Origin: Bacteroidales bacterium
Lineage (GTDB): Bacteria; Bacteroidota; Bacteroidia; Bacteroidales; Bacteroidaceae
NCBI GenBank assembly: GCA_004555055.1
Contig: SFJN01000004.1
Location: forward strand, 1-54,653
DNA length: 54,653 nt
Direction: 5' to 3'
Shown here: positions 17,486 to 28,594 of the stretch, one piece after another
Numbering within the stretch: the stretch's first letter is position 1
Layout of the letters: the number at the start of each line of letters is the position of its first letter
Position numbers and translations under genes: made by a program
Notes under the pieces: generated by a model
Told to the model about the DNA's origin: nothing
Database searches by the model: none
What the model saw: the letters and a program-made list of their open reading frames with translations, nothing else

Positions 17486-20400
17486 ATGAAACACTGCTGT
17501 TATTTTCTTACACTTGCTGCCTCGCTGTGCTTCTTGCAGCCCGTAGCGGCACAGTCTCCGATGCAGCAATCGTCTGGCGTACAGCGCCTTCGGGCTGACC
17601 AGCGTCAGCATCGTGCAGAGGCATCCGCATCGGGACGCTTGCAGATGCAACGTGGCGACGCCCTGGCGCAACGCCGCAATCTCACAGACGAATCACTTCC
17701 ACGGCTCCGGGCACCCCAGATGGCTGAGGCTACAGGTACAGAACTTTGGGGCAACGTTATTTATGCCCGCTCTTGGGAGCCTGAGGATGTGGAACCTGCA
17801 TACGGTGTCTATGCATATAGTCCCGAGGCCGGATCAAATTATGTATATGCCCGACCTGTGGCGGTTGATGACAAGTTGCGTGCCAACGGTTCGGGAACTT
17901 TCTACGATGGTGTATACCATTTCATGCTCTACGACATATGGTCGTATTATCAGGAATGGGATACCGCAAAGTGGATACAACTTCGGGAGGTGGAGGACAA
18001 CAGCAAGGCCTTCAACGCTACAGATACGGACTATGACGTCGTCACCGGTCTTTCGTATGGCTGCTATTATAATCCTGCCACTGATTCCTATGAATTTGCC
18101 GCTGTCGACTATGGCACCCGTAGCAAGTTGGTGCGGTGTCCCTGCGACCTTTATATTGCCATCGCCATCAACAGCCGTGGCGAAGTCTATGGTGTGAAGT
18201 GGAGCGACAGCAGCCTCTATCGCATCGACAAGGCTACCGGCGAGGAGACTTTGGTGGGTCCTACGGGCATGGAGGTGGGAGATTATCTGCAGAGTGCTAC
18301 CTTCGACCGCAGCAACGACGTGATGTATTGGGCTTGCAACGACATGTATGGCGAATCGTACCTTTGCACGGTGGACACCGAGACCGGACGTGCTACCAGA
18401 CTTGCCATTTTTTCCGATCGTGAGCAGCTTTCGAGTCTCTATGTTCCTGAGCGTTCCATGCCCGATACCCCGGCGGCATCCACTGGACTCAAACTTGATT
18501 TCTCTCAAGGTAGCTTGACGGGTGATGTGATTTTTACCCTTCCGTCACTTACTGTGGATGGCAAAGCATTGTCCGGAACGCTTGACTATACCGTGATGGT
18601 AAACGGTCAGGAAGCGGTTTCCGGCCAGGCAAATCCACTGGTACAGGTCAGACATACGCTAACCGTCCCCGAGGGCTTTGCCCTTGTACGGGTAGTGGCG
18701 TCCAATGCTTCGGGCAAGGGAAAGGAGGCCGTATCGCGCCAATGGTTTGGAGCCGACACCCCAAGTCCTGTGGAAGATGTAAGCCTCTCTTTGACAGGCG
18801 AATACAATAATCATGCAAAAGTAACCTGGAATGCCCCCTCTGGAACAGGAATCCATGGTGGATACGTGGCCACAGACCAACTCCTTTATGATGTGGTACG
18901 CTATCCCGACAGTCTGGTCGTAGCATCAAAGATTCCCCTCACAAGTTTTGAAGAGGACCTTGACATCAACCGTCCGGGCATATGGTGGTATGGTGTCACT
19001 GCATACAATGGCAGTCTGAAGGGCGAAGAGACATGCAGCGGAAACGGTACCAGTAAGGGTATTGCTGGGGTTCCGTATTTCGAAGGCTTTGATACAAAGG
19101 ATGCCTTCAACCAGTTTGAAATCATCGATGCCAACAACGACGGCTGCACATGGATTTACAATTCAAAAGTGCACATGGCACAATATTCCGCCAGTTATAC
19201 CAATGATGCCGATGACTGGTTATTGTCGCCTGAAATCAATCTTCTGAGTGGCCGAATGTACAAGCTTGAATTTGTCTACAAAGGTTTCGACGACCGTAAG
19301 CCCGAACGCCTGGAAATGGCCATAGGGCAGGGCAGTAATGTGGCAAGATACACCACAGTAGTTGAACCGATGGTCATCGGAAACTACGACCGTCTGCAGC
19401 ATGAGAGCCTGTTCGAGGTGCCTTCCGATGGTCGTTACCGGCTGGGCTTGCATGCCATGAGCGATATGGGAGCCTACTATCTCTATGTAGACAGTCTTTC
19501 CATTACAGAATATGCTTTGAGTGGAGCCCCCATGGCGGTCACTGATTTCCAGGTGATTCCGGCTGTTGACGGAACCGCCGAAGCCGTCCTGCGCTTTGTA
19601 TGTCCTGTAAAGTCGAACGACGGTAAGGACCTCCAGCGGCTTTCGAAGGTTGAAATCTTACGCGACAATGTCTGCATACACACTTTTTCCGAAGTGTCCC
19701 CCGGAGAGGCCCTGGAATATTCTGACAGGGAAGTTCCCAACGGCAATCATCTCTATCGTGTGATAGCTTGGAGCGAGGCAGGTAAGGGCGCAGAAAACAC
19801 TTGCCAGACTTTTGTGGGGCAGGATTTTCCGCTGGCACCGCAGAATGTTCGCCTTGCTGATCTTGGCGGTACGTTGCGTCTGACGTGGGAAGCTCCCGGA
19901 AGCGTGGGCATCAACGGCCATTATGTCCATGTCGACGGGTTGGAATATACCGTCTATACCTCCAGCTATTCCGGTATCCTCACACCCTATGCCGAGGTAA
20001 AGGGCGCAAAGTCGATTGACATCACCGATGCTTTTGCCGCCGGTGCCCAGCAGATGGTATACTTTGTCGTCCGTGCCAAATCGCCAGCTGGCGAAGGTGA
20101 CCGCGCTTCGTCAAATTCCTTAATTGGTGGAGCCCCCTATCAGCTTCCCTTCCTCGAGAGTTTCCCTAATGGCACTTATCCTGAAACATTCTGGATGTCG
20201 CAGGGATACAATCCCTTCCGTCTGGCAAACAACATCTCCTATAACGCTGACGGTGGATGTATGGGGTGGAAGTCGAACGGATTTGACCACGAAGGTTGGA
20301 TGAGTTCCGGAAAGATTTGCCTCAAGGACGCCTCAAGTCCCTATCTCATATTTGCCTATTATGCCCTCCCCGGTGAGGAAATGCTCCTCAAGACTTCCGT

Positions 20401-21877
20401 CATCCAGCACGATGGGACGGAAACCGTTGTAGACATTCTTGATTTCGGAACGCTCGAGGGCGAAGAAGGATGGCGCGTCCACAAGGTCGACCTCAGTGCA
20501 TTCAACGAACAGCCGTTCGTTCTTCTTCAGCTTCATGCTGCCGGTACGGACATCCTCACTCCGCTTTATATTGACCATATACGTGTGGAGGACATCATGG
20601 AGCGCAATCTCCGCATCTCTTCCCTTGAAGTGCCTGCAGAGGTCCACACCCAGCATCCTGCCCATTGCTATGCACGTGTGGAAAATTCCGGAAGGACCGA
20701 TGTGGAGGACTATACTGTACGTTTCTTTGTCAATGATGTACAGGTGGGAGAAGTGGCAGGGAAGGACCTCGCCGCTTTTGAGGGTGAACGCTGTGGTTTC
20801 GATTATCTTCCGCAGGTTTCTTTAGAGGGAACTGCTGACCGCACTGTCCGTGCGGAGGTGGTTTGCGATGCAGACGGTAAGGCAGGGGACAATTTCTCTG
20901 CTCTTCATACTCTTCGTGTGATTGTTCCTGACTATCCCGTCGTCGACAATCTGGCAGCCACTGCTGTGGAAGGCACGGAAAGACTCTGCCTGACATGGTC
21001 GGAACCCCGTCAGGAGGCTGTGGCGAAGACGGAATCCTTTGAATCGTATCTCCATAAGGAGAATGTGCTCACGCCTTGGACTACCGTTGATGTGGAGCGC
21101 GGTCAGACCTACACGAATACCAAAATGGACGCCGGATACTCGAATGTCGAGGCTTCGTTCTGGGTGTTCAATCCTTATGTGGCAGCGGTGACCGAAGACA
21201 ATCTTGAGAATTATCTGCCTCAAGATGGCCGTCAATGCCTTATGGCAGCGGCATCGCAGCTTTCTACCATCAAGCATGGCGACCGTAATGACGATTGGAT
21301 CATTTCGCCCGAGGTGGGCGGAGGCGAGGCACAGACCATTGCTTTCTATGCCAAGGCCGCCAAGGAAATCTATGGTGGCGGCGAACCCTTCGAGGTTCAT
21401 GCTTCAGCTACTTATCCCGAAGTGCAGTGCTTCCAGAAACTTGCATCATATACGGCTCCTGGAAAATGGACGGAATATGAGGTTGCCTTGCCTGAAGGCA
21501 CACGCTATTTTGCCATACGTTATGTCGGAAACGACGATAACTTCATGTTCCTTGTTGACAACATCCGGTATTCTACCGGCGTAATGAAAGTGCTGGGATA
21601 CCGCATCTATTGCGGTTCGGAACTTGTGGCAGAAACAGCCGCCGACGTCCATGCATATGAGGTGCCGAAGTCCGATGTGCCGTATTATGTCACTGTGTGC
21701 TATGACAATGGTGAATCTGGTTTCTCGAATCCTGCTTCTGATGCCTCCGGCATCCTCCAGCTTGAAGTCGGGGAGGAGGAATCAAATTGGTATGACGTAT
21801 TCGGGCACCGTGTCGACTGCCGCAATGCAGGAAAAGGAATATTCATTTCGTCCGATGGCCGGAAGATTGTGAAATGA
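17486..21877 (+). CDS. Large secreted surface protein: beta-propeller-like N-terminus, FN3 repeats, cleaved-adhesin/choice-of-anchor-J domains, CARDB-like domain and short T9SS-like tail
   Basis: Signal peptide. IIDANNDGCTW...ADDWLLSP and NDDWIISP...LPEGTRYFAIR adhesin motifs, VTWNAP/LTWEAP FN3 motifs, and tail WYDVFGHRV...GRKIVK. Confidence 0.85.
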   Translation: MKHCCYFLTLAASLCFLQPVAAQSPMQQSSGVQRLRADQRQHRAEASASGRLQMQRGDALAQRRNLTDESLPRLRAPQMAEATGTELWGNVIYARSWEPEDVEPAYGVYAYSPEAGSNYVYARPVAVDDKLRANGSGTFYDGVYHFMLYDIWSYYQEWDTAKWIQLREVEDNSKAFNATDTDYDVVTGLSYGCYYNPATDSYEFAAVDYGTRSKLVRCPCDLYIAIAINSRGEVYGVKWSDSSLYRIDKATGEETLVGPTGMEVGDYLQSATFDRSNDVMYWACNDMYGESYLCTVDTETGRATRLAIFSDREQLSSLYVPERSMPDTPAASTGLKLDFSQGSLTGDVIFTLPSLTVDGKALSGTLDYTVMVNGQEAVSGQANPLVQVRHTLTVPEGFALVRVVASNASGKGKEAVSRQWFGADTPSPVEDVSLSLTGEYNNHAKVTWNAPSGTGIHGGYVATDQLLYDVVRYPDSLVVASKIPLTSFEEDLDINRPGIWWYGVTAYNGSLKGEETCSGNGTSKGIAGVPYFEGFDTKDAFNQFEIIDANNDGCTWIYNSKVHMAQYSASYTNDADDWLLSPEINLLSGRMYKLEFVYKGFDDRKPERLEMAIGQGSNVARYTTVVEPMVIGNYDRLQHESLFEVPSDGRYRLGLHAMSDMGAYYLYVDSLSITEYALSGAPMAVTDFQVIPAVDGTAEAVLRFVCPVKSNDGKDLQRLSKVEILRDNVCIHTFSEVSPGEALEYSDREVPNGNHLYRVIAWSEAGKGAENTCQTFVGQDFPLAPQNVRLADLGGTLRLTWEAPGSVGINGHYVHVDGLEYTVYTSSYSGILTPYAEVKGAKSIDITDAFAAGAQQMVYFVVRAKSPAGEGDRASSNSLIGGAPYQLPFLESFPNGTYPETFWMSQGYNPFRLANNISYNADGGCMGWKSNGFDHEGWMSSGKICLKDASSPYLIFAYYALPGEEMLLKTSVIQHDGTETVVDILDFGTLEGEEGWRVHKVDLSAFNEQPFVLLQLHAAGTDILTPLYIDHIRVEDIMERNLRISSLEVPAEVHTQHPAHCYARVENSGRTDVEDYTVRFFVNDVQVGEVAGKDLAAFEGERCGFDYLPQVSLEGTADRTVRAEVVCDADGKAGDNFSALHTLRVIVPDYPVVDNLAATAVEGTERLCLTWSEPRQEAVAKTESFESYLHKENVLTPWTTVDVERGQTYTNTKMDAGYSNVEASFWVFNPYVAAVTEDNLENYLPQDGRQCLMAAASQLSTIKHGDRNDDWIISPEVGGGEAQTIAFYAKAAKEIYGGGEPFEVHASATYPEVQCFQKLASYTAPGKWTEYEVALPEGTRYFAIRYVGNDDNFMFLVDNIRYSTGVMKVLGYRIYCGSELVAETAADVHAYEVPKSDVPYYVTVCYDNGESGFSNPASDASGILQLEVGEEESNWYDVFGHRVDCRNAGKGIFISSDGRKIVK

Positions 21878-22204
21878 CCGGCCGGTGTCAAGGACTTGAA
21901 AATAATGCATTTGCATGATTGAAGAGGAGTGTCTCCAAATGGAAAAGTGGGGACGCTCCTTTTCTTTTATGTCAACCAGTCTTTTCTGCCGCTGTTTCTC
22001 GTAGTCGTTTTGCTTTTTCGGAAAACAGCGTCGATACGCTTTTTTGTGCAAGGCACTGTGAAAAAACTCTCTCTTTCAATGGTTTTGAGTGATTGGCCCG
22101 GAGAAAATCGGGCAAAATTTGGGAGTTCCGAGCAAAAAACGTAATTTTGCACCATATTATGCACGGAATCCAGCACTCTGAGGTTCTGTTTGCCTTTTCT
22201 TCTT

Positions 22205-22903
22205 ATGAAACATCTTTTCTGTACCTTTCTCGCATTCTGTATGATGCTTCCCATGATGGGTCGCAAACGCCAGGCAGAAGTGACCTTTGAAACATCAAAG
22301 GGTATCATAGTCGTTACGCTCTACAACGACACTCCTATACATCGTGACAATTTCATCCGCAACGTGAAGGCGGGAACCTATGATGGCGTCCTCTTCCATC
22401 GTTGCATCCGTAATTTCATGATTCAGAGCGGTGATCCTACGAGCAGGAATGCACGTCCCGGAGAAAGACTTGGCGAAGGGGATGAAACTGCTGCTGACCG
22501 CTTGCCGGCTGAATTCCGTATGCCGCAGCATTTCCATCGTCGTGGAGTCCTTGCCGCAGCCCGTGAGGGTGACGAGTACAATCCGGAAAAGAAGTCTTCC
22601 TCCCAGCAGTTCTATATTGTTACCGGACGGACATTTTCCGATGAGGAACTTGACGCCCAGCTCCAGCGTGTACAGAAAATGACAGGAAAAGAAGATCTTT
22701 GGACTCCTGAAATCCGTGAAGCCTATCGCACTGTTGGCGGAACCCCCCATCTTGACGGGTCGTATACCGTCTTTGGTGAGGTGAAGAAAGGTATGGATGT
22801 AGTCGACAGCATTCAGGCAATGGCCACCGACAGTTATGACCGGCCCCTCGAGGACATACGTATCATCCGCGCTAAGGTAAGTAAACGCGGACGTCTTCGT
22901 TGA
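22205..22903 (+). CDS. Cyclophilin-type peptidyl-prolyl cis-trans isomerase (exported)
   Basis: YDGVLFHRCIRNFMIQSGDP, SQQFYIV and HLDGSYTVFGEV motifs. Promoter box TAATTTTG at 22142-22149. Confidence 0.93.
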   Translation: MKHLFCTFLAFCMMLPMMGRKRQAEVTFETSKGIIVVTLYNDTPIHRDNFIRNVKAGTYDGVLFHRCIRNFMIQSGDPTSRNARPGERLGEGDETAADRLPAEFRMPQHFHRRGVLAAAREGDEYNPEKKSSSQQFYIVTGRTFSDEELDAQLQRVQKMTGKEDLWTPEIREAYRTVGGTPHLDGSYTVFGEVKKGMDVVDSIQAMATDSYDRPLEDIRIIRAKVSKRGRLR

Positions 22904-23095
22904 CACGTAGCACGAAGGATTCTTTCTGATTCCTCCGGCCTCGTCTTAGGGTGCTGCATTTCAAATCGTGGTGATTCCCCCTTAGACGATTCTGTCCCAA
23001 TATTATAAAGTTTTCAACCAGATGGCGCATTGTAGTTGCGACCATCCTTTCTCACAGAAAATATGAAGCGGACATCCGCATAAAACCATTCGTAA

Positions 23096-25768
23096 ATGTT
23101 CAAGAAAATCATAGGTCTTTTATGCCTTTCTTTGGCGATGTCAATGATTGTCCCTGCCACTGCGGTAGCCCAGACCGTGGAGGTCGACGGCATCGCTTAC
23201 GCCATCAATGTAGGCGATGGTTATGCATCGGTTTCCAAAAACAACAACACCGCAGCAGAGGATGTTGCCCTCGGTGACAGTGTGGAGTACAAGAGCCGGA
23301 AATACGTGGTGACAGCCATCCTTGGTAATGCTTTTGAAAACAATATCCGACTCAAAAGCATCCGTCTTCCCAAGAATCTGAAGACCATTGGCAATTCTGC
23401 ATTCAACAAGTGCAGCAGTCTGACAGCGATAGAGTTTCCTGAGACAATGATTTCTATCGGCAGGGAAGCTTTCCAATATTGTCTCAGCCTGTCATCAGTC
23501 CGCACTTACAGTAGTTATATTGGCATAGAGTCCACTACCTTCTATGGCGTTAATACTACTACTGCTTGTACTTTGTATGTGCCAAAGGACTATGTAGACA
23601 ATTATACTTTCCTTTGGCCTGATTCCTTTTCGCAAATCATACCCTTTACTTTAGGCTATACCGGCTATTCCTTTGAACCGGCAAACAGTGAAGTACTTGA
23701 TTCCTATCAGCAGCTTCAGTGCATCACCGTCAATTTCCAGGGTATTGATGGCATTGCTCCGTCCGAAACGAATTCCGTTCTCAAAGCCTGTCTGTGGATG
23801 GGCACCGAACTCATTGCCGAAACGGAACTTCAGACGGAACTTCCGACAACTGACACTTCGGGCGAAGAAGGCTCAAATAGTGTTGAAACTACAGTGTCCG
23901 ATTCAGGAACCGACGTAGTGTCCGGTGAAATCTCCGGGGATGGTTCCGGCGAAGAAGGTGAAGAAGAATCCGGAATTACAGAAGGAGGTCCGACGGTTCC
24001 CGAAGATTCTCAGGAAACAGAAGAGCCGTCTATCACATTCGGCGAGAACAGTCTGACAGTCCGTTTCGACAATATCCCTGAAGAACCCTTTGTTCGCAAG
24101 GAGGATGGTGTTGTTTGTCAGGTCCGGCTCACGATTGAAGGCAATGTTACCATGGATGGATGCTCCTACGACCTTGCGCTTGGAACGGCAGAAGATGATT
24201 CTGCAGTATGGGATGTCCGTACCGTCTACATCCCAGATGCATATCCCCTTGACCACGCCTGTCTGCAGGTTTCACCACTTACGGATGCCCCCTTGGAGTC
24301 ATACAAGGCACTTCAGGAAATCAAATTGGCATTTGACGGATTCACGGAATTTACGCTTGACTCGGAAAAGGGTACCTTTCTGCATGCCACACTTTGTCGT
24401 AACGGTGAAGCCTTGTACGAACTCCAGCCGGAGGATTATGCCTATGAGGGCAATGTGCTATCCATGCGTTTTCCCGTAAAGGAGGAAGATGTGATAGTCG
24501 CTGCCGATGCAGAAACCGAAAGCCATCGCTTCTCGCTACTCGTAGACGGGCATATTTTCCTTGATGGGGTGAAGTATGTGCTTTCCATTGTTGAAAATGC
24601 AGAAACGGCAGAAGGTGAAATGGCCTATGCATCCTCCGTATCGTGGACATTGCCTGTGCTGCGTATACCAGAGCCTACATCCGTCAGTGTGAATCCTGTA
24701 GAGGTAACCACGTGCCACGATTTGGAGCGTTTGGTCATTGCTTTGGCCGATGTATATGATACCCGGTTCGATGAAAGTGACGAAGCCATCCGTACGGCAA
24801 AGCTTTTGCATGATGGTGTATGTGTGGCAGACGGCACACTTTCAATCGAAGAGGAAGGACTTGTCTGCACGTTCCCCACAATTGACGAAAAGTTCTTCAC
24901 ACTGATTTCTTCTGTCAGCGACACGCTGTATACTATAGACCTGCAGCTTGAGGCTGACTTGATGGTGCGAAGTTCGGAATTGGAAAATCTCTATCCTTAC
25001 CGTCTCCGTATCGCCACGGATGAAAATCCCGCAAATTGGGACGTCCCCGTTACAGTCCTCCCACTTCCTGCGGTCAGTGTCAGCACGCCTTTGGCAGAGA
25101 ATCCGCAAACTTACAACGATTTGAAGGAAATAGTGCTGACCCTTGACGGTTTCTCCTCCCTCGAACTCAGCAGTTATGCCGAAGGTTACGTCAAGCGCAT
25201 CGACAGCGACGAGACGGTCTACCGTTTTGATGCCGGATGTGTCAGTGTCGACGGTATGCAGCTCCGCCTCGACCTTTCGCAACTTCCCTCCACCTCGGTA
25301 GTGGTTCTCCCGGATTATGAAGGCAACACCCTGTCGTTGGCCCTGTATTTCACCGCAGACTTGCTCCTCGACGGACTTCCATATCGTTTGGTCATTAGCG
25401 GCAGTGAACATCAAGCCGAATGGGCGGTCGAGAGTGTTGTCATCCGCGATATGCCAGCGCCAGTGCTGAGCTATTCCTATGGTATCCTTTCTATGAATTG
25501 CGGTATTGAAGGTGCTACATATCACTATACCATCACCTGCAACGACCACCAAAAGACAGGGAGGGTAACCCTGGAAAAGACCGGTACCACAGGATTCGGC
25601 CAGACCCGTATCGACCAGCTGTACACCATCACGGTATATGCGACCTGCGAGGGCTATAACGATTCTGAAACGGTCACCTACTTCCTTGACTTCTCGAACG
25701 ACTATCCCGATGTGATCCAAGGTGAAACCACTGAAGGGGAAATCAGTTTTCAGACCCTTAAGAAGTGA
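23096..25768 (+). CDS. BspA-like leucine-rich-repeat surface protein with four divergent internal repeats
   Basis: Signal peptide and TpLRR units (LPKNLKTIGNSAFNKCSSLTAIEFP). Acidic Ser/Gly/Glu insert and repeated modules. Confidence 0.82.
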   Translation: MFKKIIGLLCLSLAMSMIVPATAVAQTVEVDGIAYAINVGDGYASVSKNNNTAAEDVALGDSVEYKSRKYVVTAILGNAFENNIRLKSIRLPKNLKTIGNSAFNKCSSLTAIEFPETMISIGREAFQYCLSLSSVRTYSSYIGIESTTFYGVNTTTACTLYVPKDYVDNYTFLWPDSFSQIIPFTLGYTGYSFEPANSEVLDSYQQLQCITVNFQGIDGIAPSETNSVLKACLWMGTELIAETELQTELPTTDTSGEEGSNSVETTVSDSGTDVVSGEISGDGSGEEGEEESGITEGGPTVPEDSQETEEPSITFGENSLTVRFDNIPEEPFVRKEDGVVCQVRLTIEGNVTMDGCSYDLALGTAEDDSAVWDVRTVYIPDAYPLDHACLQVSPLTDAPLESYKALQEIKLAFDGFTEFTLDSEKGTFLHATLCRNGEALYELQPEDYAYEGNVLSMRFPVKEEDVIVAADAETESHRFSLLVDGHIFLDGVKYVLSIVENAETAEGEMAYASSVSWTLPVLRIPEPTSVSVNPVEVTTCHDLERLVIALADVYDTRFDESDEAIRTAKLLHDGVCVADGTLSIEEEGLVCTFPTIDEKFFTLISSVSDTLYTIDLQLEADLMVRSSELENLYPYRLRIATDENPANWDVPVTVLPLPAVSVSTPLAENPQTYNDLKEIVLTLDGFSSLELSSYAEGYVKRIDSDETVYRFDAGCVSVDGMQLRLDLSQLPSTSVVVLPDYEGNTLSLALYFTADLLLDGLPYRLVISGSEHQAEWAVESVVIRDMPAPVLSYSYGILSMNCGIEGATYHYTITCNDHQKTGRVTLEKTGTTGFGQTRIDQLYTITVYATCEGYNDSETVTYFLDFSNDYPDVIQGETTEGEISFQTLKK

Positions 25769-25802
25769 ATGAATCCAACAGAAACTTTATCATATACGTC
25801 AT

Positions 25803-27128
25803 ATGTTAACTATAAAAAAGATTGTTGACGACAAAGAGGCCGTCATCCGCGGACTGGAAAAGAAGCATTTTGCCGATGCCCGCGCCACGATAGAAAAAGT
25901 GCTTGAAATCGACAACCGTCGTAAAGCGGCACAGATGGAAAAGGATGCTGTGCTGGCCGAACAGAACAAGATTGCCAAAAGCATAGGGTTGCTTATGAAG
26001 CAGGGCCAGCGTGAAGAGGCAGAAGCTCAGAAGGCCCGTGTGGCAGAACTGAAGAGCCGTTCTGCACAGCTCGAAGAAGCCATGAAGACTGCTGAGAACG
26101 AGCGCACACAACTCCTTTACACCATTCCCAATGTCCCCTACGATTTGGTTCCGGAAGGCGTTGCCGCTGCCGATAACCTGGTGGTGAAGAGCAACCTCCG
26201 CGAATGCCGAGAGGGAGACTGTGTGGGCAACTGGGACATGAATCCCGATGTCGAGAGTGCACGTCTGCCGCATTGGGAACTGGCACGCGACTATGACCTC
26301 ATCGACTTCGACCTCGGTGTGAAGATTACTGGTGCAGGTTTCCCTGTCTACAAGGGCTATGGCGCCCGTCTGCAGAGGGCCCTCATCAATTTCTTCCTTG
26401 ATGAAGCCCGTGTTGCCGGATATACCGAAATCATGCCTCCTACGGTGGTCAACGAGGCCAGCGGATACGGCACCGGACAGCTTCCTGACAAGGAAGGACA
26501 GATGTACCATTGCGACCTTGACAACCTCTATCTCATCCCCACAGCCGAGGTGCCTGTCACCAACATCTTCCGCGATGTCATCCTTGACGAGAAGGAACTT
26601 CCCGTGCGTTGCTGTGCCTATACCCAGTGTTTCCGCCGAGAGGCCGGAAGTTACGGCAAGGATGTGCGCGGTCTGAACCGCCTCCACGAGTTCTCTAAAA
26701 TCGAAATCGTGCGTATTGACAGTCCCGAGCATTCCGATGCCAGTCACAAGGAAATGCTTGCCCATGTGGAAGGCCTCCTTCAGAAACTCGAACTTCCCTA
26801 CCGTGTTCTCCGCCTCTGCGGTGGCGACATGAGTTTCACTGCAGCCCTCTGTTATGACTTCGAAGTCTATTCCGAGGCCCAGCATCGCTGGCTTGAGGTA
26901 AGTTCTGTCAGCAATTTCGACAGTTACCAGGCCAACCGTCTCCACTGCCGCTACCGCCGTGCAGAGGACAAGAAGATTGAACTCTGCCACACCCTCAACG
27001 GTTCTGCCCTTGCCCTGCCGCGCATTGTCGCAGCCCTGCTCGAGAACAACCAGTGTCCTGAGGGCATCCGCATCCCCAAGGCTCTCCAGCCTTATATGGG
27101 TGTAGAAATCATCCCTGCAGTCAAATAA
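25803..27128 (+). CDS. serS: Serine--tRNA ligase
   Basis: Coiled-coil arm, LIPTAEVP, FRREAGS, EVSSVSN and HTLNGSALALPR motifs. Confidence 0.98.
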   Translation: MLTIKKIVDDKEAVIRGLEKKHFADARATIEKVLEIDNRRKAAQMEKDAVLAEQNKIAKSIGLLMKQGQREEAEAQKARVAELKSRSAQLEEAMKTAENERTQLLYTIPNVPYDLVPEGVAAADNLVVKSNLRECREGDCVGNWDMNPDVESARLPHWELARDYDLIDFDLGVKITGAGFPVYKGYGARLQRALINFFLDEARVAGYTEIMPPTVVNEASGYGTGQLPDKEGQMYHCDLDNLYLIPTAEVPVTNIFRDVILDEKELPVRCCAYTQCFRREAGSYGKDVRGLNRLHEFSKIEIVRIDSPEHSDASHKEMLAHVEGLLQKLELPYRVLRLCGGDMSFTAALCYDFEVYSEAQHRWLEVSSVSNFDSYQANRLHCRYRRAEDKKIELCHTLNGSALALPRIVAALLENNQCPEGIRIPKALQPYMGVEIIPAVK

Positions 27129-27200
27129 TATTCTTCTTGATTTCCTGCTTCCCCGTTATCCAAAATGCCGGACGGATGGCAGGAATCCATATCAACGGCA

Positions 27201-27251
27201 ACCGCCTCCGCAACGATGTTTCAAAGCATGTTGCGGAGGCGGTATTTTTTT
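27201..27251 (+). terminator. Intrinsic terminator between the convergent serS and MFS genes
   Basis: ACCGCCTCCGCAAC/GTTGCGGAGGCGGT 14 bp stem followed by a T tract. Confidence 0.8.
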
Positions 27252-27274
27252 GTGTGTCAGTCAGACGTATATCT

Positions 27275-28537
27275 TCAATGTCGTTGACGACAGATGTAGA
27301 CAGCGTAGAGCATGACGGCAAAATAGCCGAGGAGCGGTACGACGAATGCGGTCGACATGTCAAGCACATCGGAGCACCATGCCATCAGGAATGTACCGAT
27401 GGCACCTCCGATGGGGGTCATCATCATGAACGATGAGGCACGTTTGGTGTCGATTGCCGAAAAGCCTTTTAGGCAGATGGCGAAAATGGTGGGGAACATG
27501 ATGGCCTCAAAAGCATAAATGGCCAGTAGGCAGACGATGCTCAAAATTGGCATGCCGCAGGCCCCTCCGATGTCCGTCATCACACCGGCACTGGCCACAA
27601 CCGTACCGAGGGCGCATCCCAGCAGATAGCGTTCTGCACGTACAATGCTCATGGCAAAACTTCCGAAAACGCGGGCAAGCATGAAGATGAGCAGACCGCC
27701 CATTGAGAGAATCTTTGCAGCATCGAGCTTGTCGTATCCGTGCACGTCGGTCATATAGTTGACAAAGAGGCTGTTGATGGCAATTTCCGAAATCTCATAA
27801 CAGAGAAGTGCCAGGATGCCGAGTACGAAAGCCCTGCGGCACCATACGCTGAACAGGTTCCCCGTTTGCGGCTCACCGGCATCGGAATCCGCATCGTCGT
27901 GAATTTCGGGAAGCTGTACGCGCAGGAACAGGAAGGCTACCACCACCACCATGGCTCCCATCAGGCAATAGGGCAGTGAGAGCGAAGGATTGTCTCCGAA
28001 AATCATAAAGCCTCCAATCATCGGACCGACGGTACAGCCCAGTCCGTTGAAACTTTGGCTCAAGTTCAGACGGCTTGCTGCCGACTCCTTGTCACCGAGC
28101 GAAGCGGAATAGGGGTTGGCGGCCGTTTCGAGAAACGCCAGTCCGCATCCCAGCACAAACAGTGCACCAAGGAAAATCCAAAAGGGGTTGATGTCGGTTC
28201 CCGGAAGCCATCGACCTTCTGCCAACATTTCGCCTGGGACAAAAGCGAAGGCGCCAATGGCAAAGAGCGAGAGTCCGAGCACTACGCCGCGGCGGTAGCC
28301 CCAGCGTGCAATCACCAGTCCGGCGGGAATGGCCATCAGACAGTAGGCGATATACACTGAAAACTGGACCAGGGACGATTCCGTACGGCTGATATCAAGA
28401 ACTTCCTGAAAGTGCTTGTTGAGGATGTCGAGGACAGAGCGTGCAAAGCCCCATAGGAAGAAGAGGCTTGTGATGAGGATAAAAGGCACCATGTAGCCTT
28501 TTCCTACAAGACGCGTTTTCGTGGAAGTGGTTTGCAT
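27275..28537 (-). CDS. MFS sugar:H+ symporter, FucP/GluP family
   Basis: FILITSLFFLWGFA, LETAANPY, RLNLSQSFNGLG and IMFPTIF motifs; about 12 TM segments. Confidence 0.9.
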   Translation of the reverse strand: MQTTSTKTRLVGKGYMVPFILITSLFFLWGFARSVLDILNKHFQEVLDISRTESSLVQFSVYIAYCLMAIPAGLVIARWGYRRGVVLGLSLFAIGAFAFVPGEMLAEGRWLPGTDINPFWIFLGALFVLGCGLAFLETAANPYSASLGDKESAASRLNLSQSFNGLGCTVGPMIGGFMIFGDNPSLSLPYCLMGAMVVVVAFLFLRVQLPEIHDDADSDAGEPQTGNLFSVWCRRAFVLGILALLCYEISEIAINSLFVNYMTDVHGYDKLDAAKILSMGGLLIFMLARVFGSFAMSIVRAERYLLGCALGTVVASAGVMTDIGGACGMPILSIVCLLAIYAFEAIMFPTIFAICLKGFSAIDTKRASSFMMMTPIGGAIGTFLMAWCSDVLDMSTAFVVPLLGYFAVMLYAVYICRQRH

Positions 28538-28594
28538 GGGTCTTCTTTCGGGAAAGAACGTTGAGGGTAGAAAGTAAGTTGCCGTATGGCCGGT

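Noticed and set aside
17260..21877. Genomic island integrated at tRNA-Val
   Set aside because: No integrase and no downstream duplicate of the tRNA 3' end.
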